A DNA stretch of 64,000 nucleotides from Hydrogenophaga sp. (lineage in GTDB: Bacteria; Pseudomonadota; Gammaproteobacteria; Burkholderiales; Burkholderiaceae_C), in contig JALORL010000004.1 of the NCBI GenBank assembly GCA_025458915.1, positions 1,329-65,328 of the forward strand, in the 5' to 3' direction. A program made the translations under genes and the position numbers. The notes under the pieces were generated by a model that did not search any database, was not told the DNA's origin, and was given only the letters and a program-made list of their open reading frames with translations. Of this stretch, positions 47,429-58,216 are shown one piece after another (the stretch's first letter is position 1; each line of letters starts with the position of its first letter).

Positions 47429-48208
47429 TCAGCGGTACTGCGCAGGGCGCTTTTCCAGGAAGGCGGCAATGCCTTCGCCGGCATTCGGGTGGTGCAGGTT
47501 GCGCACGAAATGGTCCCGCTCCGCCGCCAGCTGGGCGTGCAAGGCAGTTGTGGTGGCGTCGTTGGCCAGCTCCTTGATGCTGGCCAGGGCATTGGGCGCA
47601 CGCGCGTTGAGCCGTTCGGCAAGTGCCAGCGCTTCGCCCAGCGCTTCGCCCTGTGGGCACACGCTGTTGATCACGCCCAGTGCCTGCAGCCGCTGCGGAT
47701 CGATTCGATCGCCCGCCAGCAGCAACTGCATGGCTGTGGCGCGCGGCATCGAGCGCATCAGGCTCCAGGTACCTCCGCCATCGGGTGACAGCGCAATGTT
47801 GCTGTAGGCCATCACGAACACGCTGTTGTTCGCGGCCACGATCAGGTCGCAGGCCAGCGCCAGCGAGAAACCGGCGCCTGCGCACGATCCCTCGACCGCG
47901 GCCAGCACCGGCTTGGAAAACGCCCGGATGGTTTCGATCCAGTTGTGCAGCCCCTCGACGCTCTGGGCTTGCACCTCAGGAGGCTGCCGCCGGTTGGCCA
48001 TGAGGCGCTGCAGGTTGCCGCCCGCGCAAAAGTGCGCACCTTCGCCGGTGATCAGCACGCTGCGGATGTCGCCATTGCCTTCGGCCACGTTGAGTGCTTC
48101 CACGCCGGCGGCGTAGATCTCCGGCCCCAGTGCATTGCGGTGCTCCGGGTTGCTGATGGTGAGAACCAGGGTCTGCCCGTGGCTGTGGCTCTTGAGGGTG
48201 GCGGTCAT
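47429..48208 (-). CDS. Enoyl-CoA hydratase/isomerase family protein
   Basis: FCAGGNL, AGAGFSLALACD, PDGG, EGIAAFLEKR. Confidence 0.9.
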   Translation of the reverse strand: MTATLKSHSHGQTLVLTISNPEHRNALGPEIYAAGVEALNVAEGNGDIRSVLITGEGAHFCAGGNLQRLMANRRQPPEVQAQSVEGLHNWIETIRAFSKPVLAAVEGSCAGAGFSLALACDLIVAANNSVFVMAYSNIALSPDGGGTWSLMRSMPRATAMQLLLAGDRIDPQRLQALGVINSVCPQGEALGEALALAERLNARAPNALASIKELANDATTTALHAQLAAERDHFVRNLHHPNAGEGIAAFLEKRPAQYR

Positions 48209-48231
48209 GAACGTCTCGGGTGCGAAGGAAA

Positions 48232-49752
48232 TCAGGCTTCTTCGTGCATCAGGCTCAGGCCCAGCGCGCCGCGGCGCCGCAGCCACGGGGAAGGGCGGTA
48301 GCGCGGATCGCCGTACACCGTCTGCAGGTTGAACAGGATCTCCAGGACATTCGTGGGACCGATACGGTCCCCCAGGGCGAGCGGGCCCATCGGGTAGCCC
48401 AGCCCGAGCGTGACAGCCACGTCCAGGTCGGCCGGTGTACACACGCCCTGCTGGCACATATCGGCCGCAATGTTCACGATGGTGGCCACGACCCGTTGCG
48501 TGACAAAGCCGCCGCTGTCACGCACCACGCTCACGGCTTTGCCATCGCGGCCGAACAGGGCGTGCGCTGCATCGCGCATGTCGGGCCGCGTGGCCGGATT
48601 GGTGGCCAGCACACGGCGGCGCGTTGCAGCATCCTCCAGCATCATGTCGATGCCCAAGGTGCGGGTGGCGTCCAGCCGTTCCACCGCGGCAATCGTGGTC
48701 ACGTCCAGACCGAGCGGAGCCACCAAAATCAACGCCGATTCGGAGGGTGCAGCAGCGGTTTCAATGCTTGCGCCCAAAGTCTTGAGCAACTGGTAGATCT
48801 CTGCCCGCCGCGCGGCCTTCGGCGACACCCATACCGGGGGTGCGTTCGCGACCACCGGAACGGGCGGTTCGGCTGGCACCTCGGCCACGCCGTCGTTGTA
48901 GCGATAAAAGCCTTGCCCCACCTTCTTGCCCACCACGCCACCGGCCAGCCGCTGGGCGGTGATCACGCTGGGGCGGTAGCGCGGTTCTTCGTAGTACTGC
49001 TTGTAGATGGACTCCATCACCGGATGCGACACGTCGAGCGCGGTCAGGTCCATCAGTTCGAACGGACCCAACCGGAACCCGATCTGGTCTTTCAGGATAC
49101 GGTCGATGGTGGCGAAGTCAGCCACTTTCTCGCCGGCCACCCGCAGAGCTTCCGTGCCATACCCGCGGCCCGCGTGGTTGACGATGAAGCCCGGAGTGTC
49201 GTTTGCTGCCACCGGCGTATGGCCGAACTGCCGGGTGTAGTCGGCGAGACGCTTGCAAACAGCGGGGGAGGTCTTCAGGCCCGCCACCACTTCCACCAGC
49301 TTCATGAGGGGAACCGGGTTGAAGAAGTGGTAACCGGCAAAATGCTCGGGGCGCTTCAGCGCGGCACCAATCGCAGTGACCGACAGCGACGATGTGTTGG
49401 TCACCAGCACCGTGTCCTCGTTCACGATGCGCTCCAGCTCGGCGAACAGTGTCTGCTTCACGTCCAGCCGTTCCACCACGGCTTCCACGACCAGCGTGCA
49501 GCCCTGCAGATCGGAAAGATGTTGCGCCACCGCCAGCCGTTCCACGCAGTGGTTCATGGACTCGGTCGTCATCTTCCCCTTTTCGACCAGCTTCTCCCAG
49601 GTCGACCGGAGGTTGCCGCGGGCGGATTCTGCAGCGCCCGGGTTGGCATCAAACAAGACAACACGGCTGCCAGCCTGGGCCGCCATCTGGGCTATTCCCC
49701 GGCCCATCGCGCCGGTGCCAACTATGCCCGCAGTTTCGAAAATAGGTTGCAT
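48232..49752 (-). CDS. 3-hydroxyacyl-CoA dehydrogenase (PaaH-like)
   Basis: GTGAMGRGIAQ, VEAVVE, TNTSS, HFFNP..LVE, duplicated C-terminal domain. Confidence 0.92.
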   Translation of the reverse strand: MQPIFETAGIVGTGAMGRGIAQMAAQAGSRVVLFDANPGAAESARGNLRSTWEKLVEKGKMTTESMNHCVERLAVAQHLSDLQGCTLVVEAVVERLDVKQTLFAELERIVNEDTVLVTNTSSLSVTAIGAALKRPEHFAGYHFFNPVPLMKLVEVVAGLKTSPAVCKRLADYTRQFGHTPVAANDTPGFIVNHAGRGYGTEALRVAGEKVADFATIDRILKDQIGFRLGPFELMDLTALDVSHPVMESIYKQYYEEPRYRPSVITAQRLAGGVVGKKVGQGFYRYNDGVAEVPAEPPVPVVANAPPVWVSPKAARRAEIYQLLKTLGASIETAAAPSESALILVAPLGLDVTTIAAVERLDATRTLGIDMMLEDAATRRRVLATNPATRPDMRDAAHALFGRDGKAVSVVRDSGGFVTQRVVATIVNIAADMCQQGVCTPADLDVAVTLGLGYPMGPLALGDRIGPTNVLEILFNLQTVYGDPRYRPSPWLRRRGALGLSLMHEEA

Positions 49753-49826
49753 ATTGCGTTATTCGTTCAGGAATGCCGGTGAAAAGCTATGACAGAATGA
49801 TTCACCGAAGAAAAAGGAAAACTGTC

Positions 49827-51896
49827 GTGCGCCAGTTTTGGTTGGGTTGTATTTTGCTATCAACTGCGTTGGGCAGCACCGCAGCGTCATTGGGACGGCA
49901 AAGCGGTGCGGCAGTGATTGGCCGCCCGCTGGACGTTCGCATGCAGATTCTGCTCGGACCCAACGAAGCGGCCGACAGTCTGTGTCTGGCGGCCGAGGTG
50001 ATTTACGGCGACACGCCGTTGCCTGGTTCGGCGGTGGTGGTCACCACCCAGCGCTCGACGCCCGATGCGGAACTGTCTGTCCGCGTCCAATCCAGCCGGG
50101 CAGTGAATGAACCCTTTGTGTATGTAAATCTGCGCGCTGGCTGCACGGCTCCTTTCGCCCGCCAGTACGTTTTCCTGGCCGATCCTGCGACCGACGAACC
50201 CAGGACAGAAGCGCCGCCCGCACGTGCTCCGCTCCCTGCTGCCGAGCTGCCTGTGGCACCCGCCGGCTCCGGCGCTGTGGCTGGCGCGACCGTGCCGGTT
50301 GCTCGCGCGCCAGACAACAGTGGCGCACCAACAGCCCGTCTTCGGGTGCAACCCGACCCGAACCGCCCAGCGGCTGCTCCGGTCCCTCCCTCGACTCCCC
50401 GCAGCGTGGTTCGCCGGCCGGCAGCGGTGGCGACCGCACCTGCCCCTCGCCTGCAACTGGATCCAGTGGACATCGACCTCACCATTGAGAGAAGTCCGAC
50501 GCTGCGGCTCTCGGATAGCATGCTGAGCCAGCCAACTGACTCAGAAGAAACCCGCGCGGCGGCGCGCTCCCTCTGGCAAGCGCTGAATGCTTCGCCCGAG
50601 GACATCCTGCGCGACGCGCAGAAATTGACGGTGTTGGAGGCCGAGATCCAGGGGCTCCGATCCGAAGAAGCGAAGAACACCGGTCGTCTGGCCGAACTCA
50701 GTGCTGCCGCAGATCGTGCGCGCTATCTCAACTGGCTGGTGTTCCTGCTGGCGGGTTTGCTGCTGGTCGCTGTGGCTGGTCTGGTCTGGCTGTGGCGGAG
50801 GCAAGTCGCCGCGAGCAGTGAAGCGGCCAAGGCGTGGTGGTCGGAAGGATCCAAGGCGGAAATGGCGGCGGCAGAGCCCAGCCCGGTAGAGGCGTTGAGC
50901 AAGCGGACAGACACCTCTGATCTCGACTTCGACCTGGACGTGGACTCAGGCTACGGTGAGCCGCTGGACGCTGGCGGTACCAAAAACCGCGCTGCTGGAG
51001 CCCACAGCAAACCTGACCTTGAAGTGCCGGCGAAGGATCGCAAGGAGTTTTCCCCCAGTGCCATCGGCGGTTCACGGTCGGTCGCCACCGAGGAGCTTTT
51101 CGACGTTCAGCAACAGGCCGACTTCTTCGTTTCCCTGGGGGAGGTCGATCAGGCCATTCAGGTGCTGCTGAACCACCTTGCCGAAAGCTTCGAACCCAGT
51201 CCTCTGGCCTACCTTGACCTGTTCAAGCTGTATCACCGCCAGAACCAGCGCGAGGAATACGAGCGTCTGCGCACCGAGTTCAATGAGCTGTTCAACGCCG
51301 GTGCGCCGCCATTCGAACAGTATTCGGACCAGAGCCGGGGGCTCGAGTCTTATGAAACCGCCTTCACCCGGATCCAGGCGTTGTGGCCAGAACCGCGGGT
51401 GCTTGACGTGATCGAACAATCCATATTTCGAGACGCGGGCTCCGGCGAAGGCGAGGTATTCGATCTGGAAGCGTATCGGGAACTGCTGCTGTTGCATGCC
51501 ATTGCGAAGGACCTGGTCAAACGGGAGGTGGAAACCCCGCAGTCCAGCTTTCGCCACACCAAGGTGCAACCGCTCAAGGCGGCTGGCCCGGTGGCCGAGG
51601 AGCATGATCCGCTCAACGACCAAAGCGGCCTGAATGGGCGCAACACGGTGCCGATGGAGGCATCGCCACCTGCTTCCACGAATCTGGGTCTGGATATCGA
51701 TCTGGTTGAACTGGACGCATTTGCGAGTTTCGAGGCCTCACTGCCTGAGGTGAGCGCGCCAGTGGAGCCCACAGCGCAGCCGCGCAGGGACGATAGCCGA
51801 TCGAGCCGCGGCGCTTCCGGTCTCATCGACTTCGACCTGCTCGACTTCACGCCTCCGGACGACATCACCGGCCGCAACAACGGCGGTAGCCGCTGA
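49827..51896 (+). CDS. FimV-like membrane-anchored protein
   Basis: Signal peptide then SLG..IGRPLDV..VNEPFV, coiled coil, TM, acidic cytoplasmic tail with QQADFFVSLG TPR-like segment. Confidence 0.75.
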   Translation: MRQFWLGCILLSTALGSTAASLGRQSGAAVIGRPLDVRMQILLGPNEAADSLCLAAEVIYGDTPLPGSAVVVTTQRSTPDAELSVRVQSSRAVNEPFVYVNLRAGCTAPFARQYVFLADPATDEPRTEAPPARAPLPAAELPVAPAGSGAVAGATVPVARAPDNSGAPTARLRVQPDPNRPAAAPVPPSTPRSVVRRPAAVATAPAPRLQLDPVDIDLTIERSPTLRLSDSMLSQPTDSEETRAAARSLWQALNASPEDILRDAQKLTVLEAEIQGLRSEEAKNTGRLAELSAAADRARYLNWLVFLLAGLLLVAVAGLVWLWRRQVAASSEAAKAWWSEGSKAEMAAAEPSPVEALSKRTDTSDLDFDLDVDSGYGEPLDAGGTKNRAAGAHSKPDLEVPAKDRKEFSPSAIGGSRSVATEELFDVQQQADFFVSLGEVDQAIQVLLNHLAESFEPSPLAYLDLFKLYHRQNQREEYERLRTEFNELFNAGAPPFEQYSDQSRGLESYETAFTRIQALWPEPRVLDVIEQSIFRDAGSGEGEVFDLEAYRELLLLHAIAKDLVKREVETPQSSFRHTKVQPLKAAGPVAEEHDPLNDQSGLNGRNTVPMEASPPASTNLGLDIDLVELDAFASFEASLPEVSAPVEPTAQPRRDDSRSSRGASGLIDFDLLDFTPPDDITGRNNGGSR

Positions 51897-51958
51897 ACTC
51901 GCTGGCACCTGCCTGGCAGGCGGGCCAAGCCTGATGTTCGGGCGAGGCCCGGCGTGCG

Positions 51959-52966
51959 TCAGCGCCTGACCTGAAGTGCTCCAGGGTTCACGATGTTGGT
52001 GGGTGTACCTTTGATGAAATTCACCACGTTGTCGAACGCCGAAGAAAAATACATCTCGTAGCTGTCCAGCTCCACGTAGCCAATGTGGGGTGTGCATATG
52101 CAGTTTTCCAGCCGCAGCAGAGCATGCCCCTGGAGGATGGGCTCGGACTCGAACACATCCACTGCCGCCATGCCCGGCCTTCCCCGGTTCAAGGCAGTCA
52201 GCAATGCCTCAGGCTCGATGAGTTCTGCACGCGAGGTGTTGACCAGCAGAGACGTGGGTTTCATCCGTGCCAGGTCCTCCAGCGTGACACAGCCGGCACT
52301 GGTATCGCTCAGCCGCAGGTGAAGCGACAGGACATCCGCGGTTTCAAAAAAGCTGTCTTTGCTGATGGCTACGTCAAAACCGTCCGAGGCCGCCCGTGCC
52401 CTGGAAGTCTCGCTGCCCCAGACGATGACACGCATCCCGAATGCGCGGCCATACTGAGCCACGATCTGGCCGATCTTCCCGTAGCTCCAGATGCCCAAGG
52501 TCTTACCGCGCAGCACCATGCCCAGACCGAAATTGGATGGCATCGCCGACGACTTCAGCCCCGACTGTTGCCAGGCGCCATGCTTGAGATTGGACACGTA
52601 CTGCGGGATGCGGCGCATGGATGCCATGATCAGCGCCCAGCTCAGTTCCGCCGTGGAATACGGTGAACCCACGCCCTCGGCCACCGCTATACCGCGCTCG
52701 GTACAGGCTGCCACGTCGACATGCCCGCCCACACGCCCTGTTTGAACGATCAGCTTGAGCCGAGGCAGCTTTTCGATCAATTGCCGGGTGATGTGGGTCC
52801 GTTCCCGAATGAGCACCAGAACGTCGGCATCGCGCAGCCGCACAGACAGCTGTCCAACGCCCTTGACGGTGTTGGTGAACACCTTGGCAGGGTAGGGCTC
52901 AAGCTTCTCTGCGCACTGGAGTTTTCGAACGGCGTCCTGATAGTCGTCAAGAATCACAATGTTCAT
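51959..52966 (-). CDS. D-2-hydroxyacid dehydrogenase family protein
   Basis: ILDDYQ, RERT, GKIG, NTSRA, DVFESEP, TPHIGY. Confidence 0.9.
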   Translation of the reverse strand: MNIVILDDYQDAVRKLQCAEKLEPYPAKVFTNTVKGVGQLSVRLRDADVLVLIRERTHITRQLIEKLPRLKLIVQTGRVGGHVDVAACTERGIAVAEGVGSPYSTAELSWALIMASMRRIPQYVSNLKHGAWQQSGLKSSAMPSNFGLGMVLRGKTLGIWSYGKIGQIVAQYGRAFGMRVIVWGSETSRARAASDGFDVAISKDSFFETADVLSLHLRLSDTSAGCVTLEDLARMKPTSLLVNTSRAELIEPEALLTALNRGRPGMAAVDVFESEPILQGHALLRLENCICTPHIGYVELDSYEMYFSSAFDNVVNFIKGTPTNIVNPGALQVRR

Positions 52967-53078
52967 GCCACTATTGTGCCCTCCCCGCGTGTTTTGCCCT
53001 CAAAACGGCATTGCGCCGCCAAGCGCGGGAGCGTTGCGTGGCAATGTGCAATACAGTGCTTGGCCGCCCAGACAGGGC

Positions 53079-53447
53079 TCAGAGTCGCCGAACAAAAGCG
53101 GCCTGTTCCTGCGCAGCCAGCCGGTCCAGTTCGGCGCAGACATCGCCAATCCGTCCCGAGATGACAAGACGCATGTCCCTCTTCTGACTGGTACCGGTGC
53201 TCCCCGAGCGCACAACCCGAACACTGCACGGTTGGATGCTGGACGTGCTGCCGTGCGCCATGGAGGTGGAATGCAATGGCGCGGCGGGTGCGCCCTTGAG
53301 CCAGCCCGCGCGGGCAAACGCCTCGACCAGGCGAAAAGGCTCGCGACCTGCAAGTGCAATGGCATTGCTGGGTTGATGCGGCGCAAGCAGGCTGTCAATC
53401 AGCCGCAGTGGCGCACGCCACGAACTGGACTTGAAGCGGATTCCCAT
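53079..53447 (-). CDS. Hypothetical protein downstream of lexA (122 aa)
   Basis: GGAG RBS before ATG; C-terminal RLVISGRIGDVCAELDRL. Confidence 0.65.
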   Translation of the reverse strand: MGIRFKSSSWRAPLRLIDSLLAPHQPSNAIALAGREPFRLVEAFARAGWLKGAPAAPLHSTSMAHGSTSSIQPCSVRVVRSGSTGTSQKRDMRLVISGRIGDVCAELDRLAAQEQAAFVRRL

Positions 53448-53576
53448 GTGAAACTCCAGAAGGGGTTGAACACAGGCAGGATTGACCAAGGATCGCCAGC
53501 GCAGGGATGTGCCCGGAAGCCCATGGGACTTCCCGACCAACCGCCCGCCACCTGCACTGGCGGCGACGCAGCAGCG

Positions 53577-54260
53577 TCAGAGTTGAAAGCTGTTGCGGAT
53601 CAATCCGACGGCAAGGCCCTCGATTTCGAAGGGCTCGCCGGGTTCGACCACGATGGATTGAAACTCCGGGTTCTCGGCCAGAAGCTCGATCGTGTTGTTC
53701 CTGCGCATGAAGCGCTTGACGGTGACGTCATCGCCCAGGCGAGCAACGACGATTTGTCCGTTCTTGGCTTCCCGTGTGGCCTGAACCGCCAGAAGATCTC
53801 CGTCCATGATTCCCACGTCGCGCATTGACATGCCGCGTACACGCAACAGGTAGTCGGGGGTGCGCTGGAAGAGGCTGCGTTCCACCTGGTAGGTCTGATC
53901 GACGTGCTCCTGGGCGAGAATCGGGGAGCCAGCTGCCACGCGCCCGATCAAGGGCAGCATGAGCTGTGCAAAGCCGGGGAGTGGCAGGCTGAGTTGCTTG
54001 CCACGAGCCGCGTTGATGCTCTGGAGGTCTTCGCTGCGCAGGCGAATGCCCCTGGATGTGCCGCTGAGCAGTTCGATGACGCCCTTTCGTGCCAGAGCCT
54101 GCAGATGCTCCTCCGCAGCATTGGCGGATTTGAAACCGAGCTCCTGCGCGATTTCGGCCCGTGTGGGGGGGGCTCCGGTACGGGCAATGGCCGACTGGAT
54201 CAACTCAAGGATTTGCTGCTGGCGAGCGGTGAGCTTGGGCGGAAAGTTCGGAGATTCCAT
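53577..54260 (-). CDS. lexA: SOS repressor LexA
   Basis: [24 protein letters not shown] cleavage site, GMSM Ser, TVKR Lys. Confidence 0.97.
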   Translation of the reverse strand: MESPNFPPKLTARQQQILELIQSAIARTGAPPTRAEIAQELGFKSANAAEEHLQALARKGVIELLSGTSRGIRLRSEDLQSINAARGKQLSLPLPGFAQLMLPLIGRVAAGSPILAQEHVDQTYQVERSLFQRTPDYLLRVRGMSMRDVGIMDGDLLAVQATREAKNGQIVVARLGDDVTVKRFMRRNNTIELLAENPEFQSIVVEPGEPFEIEGLAVGLIRNSFQL

Positions 54261-54306
54261 GGGCTGTCCTTGATTGGCAGGCTGAAGCAGCGGTACGGAT
54301 AGGGAA

Positions 54307-54345
54307 TACTGTTTTCATATCCAGTAACTGTATTTTTCATCAGTT
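54307..54345. promoter_or_regulatory. Two tandem SOS boxes (CTG-N10-CAG)
   Basis: TACTGTTTTCATATCCAGTA at 54307-54326 and AACTGTATTTTTCATCAGTT at 54326-54345. Confidence 0.9.
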
Positions 54346-54360
54346 TTTGGGAATTGGCAA

Positions 54361-55365
54361 GTGAGCGAAGACACAAAACCCGCAGTGCATCAGGGGCGTG
54401 TGGTGGTTCTGGGCACCGGCGGCACGATTGCGGGGAAGGCGGCTCGGCGGGACGATCTGAGCGGCTATGTGGCCGGGCAGGTGAGTGCGGCCGATCTTGT
54501 AGCGGGTATCCCTGGGCTCGACACGGCGCCGCTGGAGGTCGAACAGGTGGCGCAGATTGACAGCAAGGACATGGGTCTTTCGGTCTGGCAGCTTTTGGTG
54601 GCCCGGCTCCTCCACCATCTGGATCGCGATGATGTGCAAGGCGTGGTCATAACGCACGGAACCGACACACTGGAAGAAACGGCCTATCTGCTGCACGCGC
54701 TGCTGCGGCCCGCCAAACCGGTGGTGCTCACTTGTGCCATGCGTCCGGCCACGGCGCTGGCGCCTGACGGACCCCAGAATCTGAGCGATGCGGTATTGCT
54801 GGCCAGAACGCATGGCGCCAAGGGGGTCCTTGTGCTGTGCGCCAGCAAGGTACACGGCGCGGTAGATGTGACCAAGGTGCACCCCTACGCCACCGATGCC
54901 TTCGACTCTGGAGAGGCTGGAATGATCGGCGTGGTTGAACATGGACAGTTTCGCCGCTTCCGCGATTGGCCGGAACCGCTGCTGGAGGGCGGTGTCGTGG
55001 AATCTGCACGCGGGCGCTCTCTGGTGCAACGCTTCCTGGGCGCTACCGAACTGCCTCGGGTGGAACTTGTGTTCAGCCATGCAGGTGCAACCGGGGACAC
55101 CGTGCGTTGCCTGCTCAACGGGGCGGCCGGGCTGGGAGTGCCCCGGTTGCGCGGCATCGTGGTGGCGGCAACCGGCAATGGCAGTCTGCACCAGGCTCTT
55201 GAATTGGCCTTGCAGGACGCCCGTGCGCAGGGCGTGTCGGTTCTGAGGGGAACCCGCTGCCCCTTGGGGCGGGTTCTTGCCAGTCCTGGCAACTGGCCGG
55301 ACACCAATGGGCTTAGCCCGGTCAAGGCCCGGCTGGCGCTTGCGCTCGACCTGCTGGAGGCCTGA
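54361..55365 (+). CDS. L-asparaginase/glutaminase family protein
   Basis: LGTGGTIAG, IDSKDM, THGTDTLEETA, TGNG. Confidence 0.9.
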   Translation: MSEDTKPAVHQGRVVVLGTGGTIAGKAARRDDLSGYVAGQVSAADLVAGIPGLDTAPLEVEQVAQIDSKDMGLSVWQLLVARLLHHLDRDDVQGVVITHGTDTLEETAYLLHALLRPAKPVVLTCAMRPATALAPDGPQNLSDAVLLARTHGAKGVLVLCASKVHGAVDVTKVHPYATDAFDSGEAGMIGVVEHGQFRRFRDWPEPLLEGGVVESARGRSLVQRFLGATELPRVELVFSHAGATGDTVRCLLNGAAGLGVPRLRGIVVAATGNGSLHQALELALQDARAQGVSVLRGTRCPLGRVLASPGNWPDTNGLSPVKARLALALDLLEA

Positions 55366-55366
55366 G

Positions 55367-55786
55367 TTGTTTGCTGCACTCGGCGCCCATCCGTGGGCCT
55401 ACCCCATGCTGGAGGTCGTCCACATTCTGGGGCTGGCCCTTTTGGTGGGAAACCTCGTGTTGCTGGAGTTGCGGGTGTTCGGTATTGCCCGTGAGCTCGA
55501 TCTGCCGGTGCTTGCGCGCCTGAGCCTGTTGATTGCCGTCGCGGGTTTTTCCCTGGCAGCACTGTCGGGTCTGCTCATGTTCGCCACGCAGCCCATGGAA
55601 CTGTTGGCCAATCGGGTGTTCACAGCCAAGATGCTGCTGCTCATGCTGGCCGGGTGCAATGCGGCGTGGTTTCACGGTCGGCGGTCCCTGCAGCGGCTGG
55701 ACACCTGGGCCAAGGTCCAGATGCTCTTTTCAACGCTGATCTGGCTACTCGTGTTGGCTTGCGGGCGCTGGATTGGTTATGTGTGA
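55367..55786 (+). CDS. Four-TM membrane protein (DUF6644-like, CopD-like His in TM1)
   Basis: GGAGG RBS and TTG start; YPMLEVVHILGLALLVG, SGLLMF, NAAWFH, GRWIGY. Confidence 0.7.
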   Translation: MFAALGAHPWAYPMLEVVHILGLALLVGNLVLLELRVFGIARELDLPVLARLSLLIAVAGFSLAALSGLLMFATQPMELLANRVFTAKMLLLMLAGCNAAWFHGRRSLQRLDTWAKVQMLFSTLIWLLVLACGRWIGYV

Positions 55787-55805
55787 ACTGGTATAGGAGC
55801 AACCC

Positions 55806-56285
55806 ATGCAGAGAAGAACGTTTTTGAACACCGGTGTGGTGACTGGCCTGTCGGCGGTTGGCGGTACCGCCTGGGCGCACCACGGCTGGAGCAGTTTCGA
55901 TCAGAATCGTCCGGTCTACCTTGAAGGAAAGGCCGTCGAGGTCCGTTGGCGCAATCCCCATGTGGAGTTGATCCTGGAACTCCCCGAGCGGTTGGCATTG
56001 CCTGCCGATCTGGCGGCCCGGTCCGTTCCGGCGCAATCCGCCGCCGTGGATGGTGCCGCGCTGCTGGCCAAGACCGTATTGCCCACGCGGAAGGATCGGC
56101 GCTGGGAAGTCGAGCTGGCGCCCCTGTTTCGCATCAACCAGTGGCAGATGCCGGAAATTGCACCCGGCAGCGACCTTTCCCTCGTGGGATTCACCTTCAA
56201 GGATGAGGCTGGTGCTGCGATTGTCCGGGCCGAGTACGTGTTCCTGAACGGCAACACCTACGGCCTGCGCAGCAGTCCCGCCTGA
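55806..56285 (+). CDS. Tat-exported DUF6152-like protein
   Basis: QRRTFL Tat motif, AWA/HHGWS cleavage, WRNPH. Confidence 0.75.
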   Translation: MQRRTFLNTGVVTGLSAVGGTAWAHHGWSSFDQNRPVYLEGKAVEVRWRNPHVELILELPERLALPADLAARSVPAQSAAVDGAALLAKTVLPTRKDRRWEVELAPLFRINQWQMPEIAPGSDLSLVGFTFKDEAGAAIVRAEYVFLNGNTYGLRSSPA

Positions 56286-56360
56286 TCAACGCGGACCAGC
56301 CCCGGAGACAACAAAGGCCGGTAGTGCCGGCCCGTACGCATCGTTCGGATCGAGCCCGGG

Positions 56361-57971
<1,611 letters not shown>

Positions 57972-57975
<4 letters not shown>

Positions 57976-58178
57976 GGCGCGGGCATCTTGGCGGGGGGCC
58001 TTGCCGCTTCTTCCTCGCTCAGGGGTCTGGCCAGATGCTCCAGCATGACCGGAATGCCGTCGCGAATCGGGTAGGCCAGTCGGGCGCTGCGGGAGAGCAG
58101 TTCCTGCTTCTCCCGGTCGTACACCAGAGGCCCCTTGGTCACCGGGCACACCAGCAATTCAAGCAGTTTGTTGTCCAT
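57972..58178 (-). CDS. ycaR: Trm112/YcaR family protein
   Basis: [25 protein letters not shown]; between lpxK and kdsB. Confidence 0.9.
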
Positions 58179-58216
58179 GGCACGCATGATAGTGTGACCG
58201 CTGCCGACCCGGCCGG

